From Eledone cirrhosa (Eukaryota), in assembly GCA_964016885.1 (NCBI GenBank), contig OZ024740.1:420918001-420982000 (forward strand): a stretch of DNA of 64,000 nucleotides, given 5' to 3'. Positions within the stretch are counted from its first letter, which is position 1. Each line of letters opens with the position of its first letter. This document shows, piece after piece, positions 53,861 to 64,000 of this stretch. The notes below the pieces were generated by a model. The model worked only from the letters and a program-made list of their open reading frames with translations. It searched no databases and had not been told where the DNA came from. A program made the translations under genes and the position numbers.

Positions 53861-54430
53861 TATTTTAGAGATAAAGTGAAGGTCGGTGTGGAGTGTGGTG
53901 TGGTGTATGGAGTGGAGTGTAGAGTATGTATGGAGTGTGGTGTGGTGTATGGAGTGGAGTATAGAGTATGTATGGAGTGTAGTGTGGTGTATGCAGTGGG
54001 GTATTTTAGAGATAAAGTGAAGGTCGGTGTGGAGTGTGGTGTGGTGTGGTGTATGGAGTGGAGTGTAGAGTATGTATGGAGTGTGGTGTGGTGTATGGAG
54101 TGGAGTATAGAGTATGTATGGAGTGTAGTGTGGTGTATGCAGTGGGGTGTAGTGGGGTGTAGTGTATGAAATGTAATGTGGTGTGTGGAGTGTAGTATGA
54201 TGTATGGAGTATAGTGTGGTGTGTGGACTGTAGTGGTGTGTGGAGTGTAGTGTGGTTTATGGAGTGTATGGAGTGGAGTGTGGTGTGGTGTATGGAGTGT
54301 AGTGTGGTGTATGGAGTGTAGTGTAGTGTAGTGTGGTGTATGTAGTGTAGTGTGGTATATGGAGTGTAGTGAGCTGTATGGAGTGTAGTGTGGTGTATGG
54401 AGTGTAGTGTAGTGTGGTGTGGTGTATGGA
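53861..54430. repeat. (GTGTA/GTGTG/GGAGT) pentamer repeat with a ~141-bp duplication
   Basis: attttagagataaagtgaaggtcggtgtggagtg occurs at ~53862 and ~54003. Confidence 0.88.
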
Positions 54431-54530
54431 GGAGATAGAAAGAGTTACTGAGATATGCCCAGCCCAAATTTTGGCCTAGGTATACACAGGTATAATATTT
54501 AACATCATAACTAACTTAATATTGGCTATT

Positions 54531-54642
54531 TACCACTACTACTACTACTACTACCACCACTACTACCACCACCATCACCACTACTACTTCTACTACCACC
54601 ACCACTACTACCACCACCACCACTACTACCACCACCACCACC

Positions 54643-54674
<32 letters not shown>

Positions 54675-55183
54675 CATCACCACCACCACTACTACTACTA
54701 CCACCACCACCACTACTGCTACAATTACCACCACCACCACTGCTACTACTACCACCACCATCACTACTACTACCACCACCACTACTACCACCATCGCCAC
54801 CACTACTACTACCACCCCACCACCACTACTACCACCATCACCACCACTACTACTACCACCACCACTACCACCACTACTACTGCCACTACCACCACCACCA
54901 CCACTACCACTACTACTACCACCACCACCACCACCACCACCACCACTACTACCACCACCACCACTACTGCTACAACTAACACCACTACCACCACCACCAC
55001 CACTACCACTACTACTACCACCACCACCACCACCACTACTACTACCACCATCACCACCACTACTACTACCACCACCACTACCACCACCACCACCGCTACC
55101 ACTACTACTACCACCACCACCACCACTACCACCACCACCACCACCACCACTACTACCACCACTACTGCTACAACTAACACCAC
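54531..55183. repeat. (CAC/TAC)n trinucleotide repeat
   Basis: Mixed cac and tac triplets. Confidence 0.95.
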
Positions 55184-55660
55184 TGTTCAATTATTCAATA
55201 TTAATTCTACTACCATTGGTTTTATAACCAACACTGTTGTTACTCTGATAGAACTAAGTTACTGGCATCTATTTCTACTACATCTGTTACTGCAACTATT
55301 ACTAAACACTGTCAATACTAACTAACCACTGGTTGTGCTACTATTACTACTGTTAATACTAACCATTAGTTGTGGTACTATTACTATTGTCAATACTAAC
55401 TATTGGTTGTGGTACTATTATTATTAATTATTAAACAAATTACTAGTTGTGCTACTATTACTACTAACTACTACTAAAGACAATTACCACAACAACCATC
55501 ATACCACCATTGTCAGTACTCATAACTACATAAGTTCTTACATTCCTGTTATTGTTACATTACTGACACCCCTCCCTCACTATTCTTATCTTTCTGTTGT
55601 TTCCTTAGTAACAAATATCTCTCCCAGGATATTCTTAAGAGGATGAGCAATTTACTGACC

Positions 55661-55770
55661 ACAATATATAATAGATCTAGCTGTTTATATGGCAGGAGCT
55701 CAGCCGTCGGGTCCCACAATATATAATAGATCTAGCTGTTTATATGGCAGGAGCTCAGCCGTCGGGTCCC
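55661..55770. repeat. Exact 55-bp tandem duplication
   Basis: acaatatataatagatctagctgtttatatggcaggagctcagccgtcgggtccc occurs twice. Confidence 0.9.
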
Positions 55771-55863
55771 AAATTTTTCAGGTTCCATTTGGAACCTGAA
55801 TATATTGATATATATATATATATGTCTATATGATGATGAGATGATGATTTACTTTTAGGTCTT

Positions 55864-58546
55864 GCTTCTGGTGTTTCGGTCAGCTTGATACAAAGTAACT
55901 AGGTTAGCTTCTGGTGTTTCGGTCAGCTTGATACAAAGTAACTAGATCAGCTTCTGGTGTTTAGGTCAGCTTGATACAAAGTAACTAGATTAGCTTCTGG
56001 TGTTTAGGTCAGCTTGATACAAAGTAACTAGGTTAGCTTGATACAAAGTAACTAGATCAGCTTCTGGTGTTTAGGTTAGCTTGATACAAAGTAACTAGAT
56101 CAGCTTCTGGTGTTTCGGTCAGCTTGATACAAAGTAACTAGATCAGCTTCTGGTGTTTAGGTCAGCTTGATACAAAGTAACTAGATTAGCTTCTGGTGTT
56201 TAGGTCAGCTTGATACAAAGTAACTAGGTTAGCTTGATACAAAGTAACTAGATCAGCTTCTGGTGTTTAGGTTAGCTTGATACAAAGTAACTAGATCAGC
56301 TTCTGGTGTTTAGGTTAGCTTGATACAAAGTAACTAGATCAGCTTCTGGTGTTTAGGTTAGCTTGATACAAAGTAACTAGATCAGCTTCTGGTGTTTAGG
56401 TCAGCTTGATACAAAGTAACTAGGTTAGCTTGATACAAAGTAACTAGATCAGCTTCTGGTGTTTAGGTCAGCTTGATACAAAGTAACTAGATCAGCTTCT
56501 GGTGTTTAGGTCAGCTTGATACAAAGTAACTAGATCAGCTTCTGGTGTTTAGGTCAGCTTGATACAAAGTAACTAGGTTAGCTTCTGGTGTTTCGGTCAG
56601 CTTGATACAAAGTAACTAGATCAGCTTCTGGTGTTTAGGTCAGCTTGATACAAAGTAACTAGATTAGCTTCTGGTGTTTAGGTCAGCTTGATACAAAGTA
56701 ACTAGGTTAGCTTGATACAAAGTAACTAGATCAGCTTCTGGTGTTTAGGTTAGCTTGATACAAAGTAACTAGATCAGCTTCTGGTGTTTCGGTCAGCTTG
56801 ATACAAAGTAACTAGATCAGCTTCTGGTGTTTAGGTCAGCTTGATACAAAGTAACTAGATTAGCTTCTGGTGTTTAGGTCAGCTTGATACAAAGTAACTA
56901 GGTTAGCTTGATACAAAGTAACTAGATCAGCTTCTGGTGTTTAGGTTAGCTTGATACAAAGTAACTAGATCAGCTTCTGGTGTTTAGGTTAGCTTGATAC
57001 AAAGTAACTAGATCAGCTTCTGGTGTTTAGGTTAGCTTGATACAAAGTAACTAGATCAGCTTCTGGTGTTTAGGTCAGCTTGATACAAAGTAACTAGGTT
57101 AGCTTGATACAAAGTAACTAGATCAGCTTCTGGTGTTTAGGTCAGCTTGATACAAAGTAACTAGATCAGCTTCTGGTGTTTAGGTCAGCTTGATACAAAG
57201 TAACTAGATCAGCTTCTGGTGTTTAGGTCAGCTTGATACAAAGTAACTAGGTTAGCTTGATACAAAGTAACTAGATCAGCTTCTGGTGTTTAGGTTAGCT
57301 TGATACAAAGTAACTAGATCAGCTTCTGGTGTTTAGGTCAGCTTGATACAAAGTAACTAGGTTAGCTTGATACAAAGTAACTAGATCAGCTTCTGGTGTT
57401 TAGGTCAGCTTGATACAAAGTAACTAGATCAGCTTCTGGTGTTTAGGTCAGCTTGATACAAAGTAACTAGGTTAGCTTGATACAAAGTAACTAGATCAGC
57501 TTCTGGTGTTTAGGTTAGCTTGATACAAAGTAACTAGATCAGCTTCTGGTGTTTAGGTTAGCTTGATACAAAGTAACTAGATCAGCTTCTGGTGTTTAGG
57601 TCAGCTTGATACAAAGTAACTAGGTTAGCTTGATACAAAGTAACTAGATCAGCTTCTGGTGTTTAGGTCAGCTTGATACAAAGTAACTAGATCAGCTTCT
57701 GGTGTTTAGGTCAGCTTGATACAAAGTAACTAGGTTAGCTTGATACAAAGTAACTAGATCAGCTTCTGGTGTTTAGGTTAGCTTGATACAAAGTAACTAG
57801 ATCAGCTTCTGGTGTTTAGGTTAGCTTGATACAAAGTAACTAGATCAGCTTCTGGTGTTTAGGTTAGCTTGATACAAAGTAACTAGATCAGCTTCTGGTG
57901 TTTAGGTTAGCTTGATACAAAGTAACTAGATCAGCTTCTGGTGTTTAGGTTAGCTTGATACAAAGTAACTAGATCAGCTTCTGGTGTTTAGGTTAGCTTG
58001 ATACAAAGTAACTAGATCAGCTTCTGGTGTTTAGGTCAGCTTGATACAAAGTAACTAGATCAGCTTCTGGTGTTTAGGTCAGCTTGATACAAAGTAACTA
58101 GGTTAGCTTGATACAAAGTAACTAGATCAGCTTCTGGTGTTTAGGTTAGCTTGATACAAAGTAACTAGATCAGCTTCTGGTGTTTAGGTTAGCTTGATAC
58201 AAAGTAACTAGATCAGCTTCTGGTGTTTAGGTTAGCTTGATACAAAGTAACTAGATCAGCTTCTGGTGTTTAGGTTAGCTTGATACAAAGTAACTAGATC
58301 AGCTTCTGGTGTTTAGGTCAGCTTGATACAAAGTAACTAGGTTAGCTTGATACAAAGTAACTAGATCAGCTTCTGGTGTTTAGGTTAGCTTGATACAAAG
58401 TAACTAGATCAGCTTCTGGTGTTTAGGTTAGCTTGATACAAAGTAACTAGATCAGCTTCTGGTGTTTAGGTTAGCTTGATACAAAGTAACTAGATCAGCT
58501 TCTGGTGTTTAGGTTAGCTTGATACAAAGTAACTAGATCAGCTTCA
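55864..58546. repeat. 43-bp minisatellite interspersed with 24-bp sub-units
   Basis: Long unit agcttctggtgtttaggtcagcttgatacaaagtaactagatc; short unit agcttgatacaaagtaactaggtt. Confidence 0.96.
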
Positions 58547-59461
58547 TGTTACAGTATTATTCTAATATAAGCCAAGAAATATTTGACACAAATAAATCAA
58601 TGGTAAAATGAGATGTCAACTTATACTCAAGGTCAATATTTTGCTGATTTTCATGAACGTCAAATTCTACATTAACGTGCTAAAATATCTGGAGTGATTA
58701 TTTTACAATGAAACACTGTTTTTCTACATTTACTACGTCATCATTAGGGTAATTTGAACGTTTTAATACTGAGGTATCCCATACACATACATGCACACAC
58801 ACACATGTATACACACACACGTATGCACACATACACACACATGTATTTCTCTAACTTGATACTTTTTCAATCTTACGTAAGATGAAAATCTTACTCCTGA
58901 TTTGTATTTTATTGCCCTCCTTTCCTCTCATTTCTCTCACTCTTGCCCCTCTTTTTGTCACTTTGCCACTCCTCACTCTCACTTGCTGGTTTGATCTCAT
59001 TTTGTAGCTCCATCTACTTCCAAAATACAAATTAATGTAAACCTTATGAATTTGTTAGTTAGAAACTGTATAAGCTCATTAGATTGACTGTAATTATTCT
59101 TGAGTGGGTAAACTTCTTAATTTGTCACCTGGTTCACCCCTATTTAGTCCTTGGGTTTCTTTAGCAGAGTCCACTCCATTGCAAGTATTTGAACTGATCT
59201 GAAACCTGAGGATAACTCAGTATTTTAATATTCCTACTGCTACAATCCATGAGTTGTCTTTATTCTGAGGCCCTACAAAGGGACATAAGTACTACCCTTC
59301 ATCTTCTATGTAAGACATTGAAAACAAAAGAATTCCCTGTAAGCTGAAACTGTTATCAATTATTTTATTATCATTTAACAAATATATGACTAATTAGAAG
59401 TACATATATATAATCAATTAATTATTGCTAGGAAACTTATAAAAATCTTTTCTTTTTCTTC

Positions 59462-59690
59462 ACCCACTTATTTCTGAGAGGGTGATAGGGGCAGAGTCCT
59501 CAAACACTTCTTCCAGCAGGTTCTGTCAGAAGCAACCATCTCCAACTGATCTGGCTAGATCTCCAAGCAAGACCAGTGAAGCTCATGGATGGGGTCCAAC
59601 CATCTTGCTCGGGGTCCACTCCTGGGGCTCCTGCCGGTTGGTTTTGCCCATAAAATCTGTCCAGTGCTTCTTTCCCGAGGCATTCTAACC
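59462..59690 (-). pseudogene. RTE-clade (Expander/Rex3-like) LINE C-terminal fragment
   Basis: Manual translation gives RMPRERSTGQILWAKPTGRSPRSGPRARWLDPIHELHWSCLEI*PDQLEMVASDRTCWKKCLRTLPLSPSQK*, with an internal stop. Confidence 0.82.
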
Positions 59691-59786
59691 TGGAGCGATT
59701 CTCTTATCTCTGAGCTACACACTCTATCGAGTAACGTTACTCAATACACAAAAATATATTATCAAAGCGGAAAAACGCCATCAATT

Positions 59787-60598
59787 CAACACTATAAATG
59801 TCAGTCAATGAGGTGCCACATGGGTGATAGGAACTGATTGAGGCAAGCCAACACTATAAATGTCAGTCAATGAGGTGCCACATGGGTGATAGGAACTGAT
59901 TGAGGCAAGCCAACACTATAAATGTCAGTCAATCAGGTACCACATGGGTGATAGGAACTGATTGAGGCAAGCCAACACTATAAATGTCAGTCAATGAGGT
60001 GCCACATGGGTGATAGGAACTGATTGAGGCAAGCCAACACTATAAATGTCAGTCAATGAGGTGCCACATGGGTGATAGGAACTGATTGAGGCAAGCCAAC
60101 ACTATAAATGTCAGTCAATGAGGTGCCACATGGGTGATAGGAACTGATTGAGGCAAGCCAACACTATAAATGTCAGTCAATGAGGTGCCACATGGGTGAT
60201 AGGAACTGATTGAGGCAAGCCAACACTATAAATGTCAGTCAATGAGGTGCCACATGGGTGATAGGAACTGATTGAGGCAAGCCAACACTATAAATGTCAG
60301 TCAATGAGGTGCCACATGGGTGATAGGAACTGATTGAGGCAAGCCAACACTATAAATGTCAGTCAATGAGGTGCCACATGGGTGATAGGAACTGATTGAG
60401 GCAAGCCAACACTATAAATGTCAGTCAATGAGGTGCCACATGGGTGATAGGAACTGATTGAGGCAAGCCAACACTATAAATGTCAGTCAATGAGGTGCCA
60501 CATGGGTGATAGGAACTGATTGAGGCAAGCCAACACTATAAATGTCAGTCAATCAGGTGCCACATGGGTGATAGGAACTGATTGAGGCAAGCCAACAC
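59787..60598. repeat. 62-bp minisatellite, 13 nearly identical units
   Basis: Unit caacactataaatgtcagtcaatgaggtgccacatgggtgataggaactgattgaggcaagc. The span 806 bp equals 13 x 62. Confidence 0.97.
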
Positions 60599-60867
60599 GC
60601 AACATTACTGTCTTTTGATTTCCAATCTAGGTTATTTTACTTCCCTTGTGTAACTACTAGTTTAGGAAATGCATGAACATCACAATTCTCATCTCCCCTT
60701 TCTCTTAAAAAGTAGGGACCATGTGTGTAGTCAAAAGAAATCAATATATTTGTCAAAATCAATAATGAATTGATCTGTTAGTCTTCACTGCAGATATTGA
60801 ATTTCTTCAGAGCTGGTGCAAAAAATATAAGAGAAATCAATAAAAGCAAAAACAAAAGAAGGGTTTT

Positions 60868-61450
60868 GTTGTGGCTGCTGCTGATGCTACTGGTGTGTGT
60901 TGTTGTTGCTACTGCTGTTGGTGGTGGTGTTTCTGGTGTAGTTGGTGGTGGTGTTGTTGCTACTGCTGTTGGTGGTGGTGGTGTTGTTGTTGCTTGTGTA
61001 GTTGGTGTTGCTGCTGCTGGTGGTGGTGTTGTTGTTACTGCTGGTGGTGGTGTTGTTGCTGGTGGTGGTGTTGTTGTTACTGCTGCTGCAGGTGGTGGTG
61101 GTGTTGTTGCTGCTGGTGGTGGTGGTGTTGTTGTTACTGCTGCTGCTGGTGGTGGTGTTGTTGCTGGTGGTGGTGTTGTTGTTATTGCTGCTGCTGGTGG
61201 TGGTGTGTTACTGGTGTAGTTGGTGTTACTGCTGCTGGTGGTGGTGGTGTTGTTACTGCTGCTGCTGGTGGTGGTGGTGTTGTTTTTGTTGCTACTGGTG
61301 TTGTTGCTGGGGTAGTTGGTGTTGTTGTTTTTGTTGCTATTTGTAGTGGTGGTGGTGGTGGTGGTGGTGTTGCTGCTGCTGTTGTTGTTGCTAGTGTAGT
61401 TGTTGTTACTGGTGTTACTACTACTACTACTGCTGCTGGTGTTGTTGTTA
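60868..61450. repeat. (GGT/GTT/GCT)n trinucleotide repeat
   Basis: Mixed triplets. Similar tracts lie at 61783-61902 and 62010-62222. Confidence 0.93.
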
Positions 61451-63589
61451 TTCTGGATGTTTCTGATAAACCTTTTATCAAGTTATTTCTGATTACTTTC
61501 ACAAAGAAATAATTTTTAATCAATGAATTTTTTTGAATTTTTTTTTATTTTATGAATAAATTATTTTTCATATTTTGAATAATAATAATAATAATATGAC
61601 GTATAAAAATATAAAAGGGAGAAATATTTAAATAAAAGACTTCAGCTTCTTAATGGGGATGTTTGTGGTGTTTCAGTTCCTATTGTCTATATAACATTAT
61701 GTCACTGCTATTGTCTTTGTCACAGGAGAATTTGTTACAATTTCAAAGACTTTATGATTTTATCTCTCTTGTGGTTTATTTATTGTTGTTGTTGTGGTGG
61801 TGTTGTGGCGGTGGTGTGATGTTATGATGTTGTTGTGATGTTGTTGTGGTGGTGATGTTGTTGTTGTTGTGATGATGATGTTGTTATTGTGGTTGTGATG
61901 TTCCTTTTTTAAAATATTGTATTTAATATATTCTATTGTGTCTCCACCATTAAATGAATGTCTCAGTCATCTTTTGTTATGGCCGTCTCATCTGTTGTTT
62001 AGAGAATTTGGGTGGTGGGGTGGCGCTGATGGTGATGGTGATGGTTGTGATGGTGGTGGTGGTGGTGGTTGTAGTTATGGTAGTGGTTGTGATGGTAGTG
62101 GTGGTGGTGGTTGTAGTTGTGGTTGTGATGGTAGTGGTGGTGGTGGTAGTGGTGGTGGTAGTAGTAGTGGTGGGGGTGGTTGTGATGGTAGTAGTAGTAG
62201 TAGTGGTGGTGGTAGTGGCAGCAGGAGGAAATATTTAACAGAATTATTAGTTGTTTACAATTCCTCTTATATTGTATTATATAATTTTGTTTAGTTTTCC
62301 CTTTTTTTTCTGAATTACTGTTTTATATATAAATTGATTATATTTCATCTTGACAAACTGACATTCAATTGTGTTTCATGTGTTTCATATATTGTTATAT
62401 AATTCTTATTGTTGTGTAAATAGATGAAGACAAATAAAATGTCAGTGTGGCATATGTTATTGGGGAGGATATTGCTGGGGTTATGGGAGTCTTGCAGTCT
62501 CTCAGACAATCCCTTTGTCTCTCATACAATTATTATTATGTTTTAATATTCATGGCTCCTTAAAAGTGGCAGAATTAGTAGAGCAGAGCTGAACATAATG
62601 CTTTGAGGTATTTAGTTACATTCCTTTATGTTCTGAGTTCCAATACCACCAGAATCAATTTTACTTTTAATCCTTTAGTGTTGTATTTAAGCATAAGATA
62701 AACAAGCTACAGCTTAGGGCTGCACAACTTGCAAGGGTCTCAATATGTTTTCAATTTATGTAAGACCTGGTGAAATATTTTTAAGATGGAGCCCCTAAGT
62801 TTATATATTTTACAGCCTTTTCTTTTTCTCTTCTCTCTCTCTATTCTCACCCTTGATGGTGTCTAACATTGAATGGTTTTGACTTAACACCATTTATTCA
62901 AATATTAGGGCATTCATATAGGGACTTAAAGGCATCAAGAAGCTGTCCATCAATCCCATACTCCTGTAACAGAATAATCCTGTGTTTTACCTGGCGAAGA
63001 TTCAAAACCGAATCTGAGGGTTCTCACCTCTAAAACCACCTATTGTTGGAGTTTCCCACCATTGTCCTGTCAAGAGACAAGTATGATAAACGTACATACC
63101 ACTTGACTTGTGGCCCCAGGTTCTTGACAAATGAAACACACATGGCTACTCATAAATCAACCCATATACACATCCTTCTAGCTATAGGGTTATAAATACA
63201 AGTACTTTGGGAATCCATCAGAGAGACACGAAGCAGCAGTCTGAGAATTACGATGTAGCCAATTCACTTTTACTCTATCTCTCTCTCCTGGCCTAAGGCT
63301 CTCACATTTCATACCAGCTTGACAAATTTGACTAACTACAGGATAAACACATGCACACACGCAGTAGGTTTACTTGTATTTTTCCCCTACTCTTTCGTCT
63401 TCCTGTTATTTCAAGTCTATTATATTGTATTGATACATGCATACACACAAGCTCGAAGTAGCTAGTCAGCAAATAATGTAGTGATAGTTGCTGTCGCAAT
63501 TTTATTACTTGATGTACCAACAAGTGATTATTGTTATTGTAAAATAAACATTGTCAACATCACAATTCTGACATTATTCTTTTTATCAT

Positions 63590-63850
63590 TTATCCTGAAG
63601 AGAATACATTTATCCACTGCACTCCTGCCAAATCTTCCATAAGTCTCATGGAATGTTGTCATATGTTTTTTGAGGTCTATGAAACAAGTATACACCTTTT
63701 GGCAATACTCCCATGATTTCTCAAAGACCTGCCATAATGTGAATATTTGGCCGGCAGACCTGCATCTGGGGCGAAAGCCACACTGCTTGTCAGCTAGCTT
63801 GGACTCAACAATATCACTATATCCTTTTACCAGACCCTGCCTCGCCATTC
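63590..63850 (-). pseudogene. RTE-clade reverse transcriptase N-terminal fragment
   Basis: IVESKLADKQCGFRPRCRSAGQIFTLWQVFEKSWEYCQKVYTCFIDLKK carries the non-LTR RT QxGFR and FxDxxK motifs, then frameshifts. Confidence 0.88.
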
Positions 63851-64000
63851 CTACATCTTTTTACCAGACACATCTTACACCCTCATCAATCTTACTAAAA
63901 AGTCGATGGTAAAGTGGGGGGGGGGGGTTTATTTATATTCAGGGTAAATATTTTGCCGATTTTCATGAACATCAAAATTCTTCATAAATGAGGTGTTAAA

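Noticed and set aside
54516-55325. Gly/Ser-rich or His/Thr-rich ORFs resembling structural proteins or mucins
   Set aside because: This is a pure trinucleotide repeat open on both strands with no non-repetitive coding context. The same applies to 60797-61523 and 61917-62294.

Overview
This 64 kb window is AT-rich, repeat-dense eukaryotic DNA, most likely intergenic or intronic. I infer an octopod cephalopod from the tRNA-derived SINE families recognised from memory; no database search was run. No intact protein-coding gene is supported, and all long ORFs in the track are artefacts of tandem repeats. The window holds decayed fragments of many retroelement clades (RTE, CR1, L1/Tx1, R4/Dong, CRE, Penelope-like), several tRNA-derived SINE families, piggyBac-type and Tc1/mariner-type MITEs, about 12 kb of (TA)/(TATG) microsatellite containing a 200-N gap, and about a dozen homogeneous minisatellite arrays with 30-112 bp units. 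Two patterns stand out. First, a cluster of Penelope-like inverted repeats carries minimal type I hammerhead ribozymes, and three dissimilar members share the motif CTGTYGAGTGCT about 60-70 nt downstream, just beyond where the inverted arm ends. Second, many minisatellites are in-place amplifications of short pieces of mobile elements; two are bounded by microhomologies visible in unamplified copies elsewhere in the window, and three carry 540-674 bp higher-order duplications.
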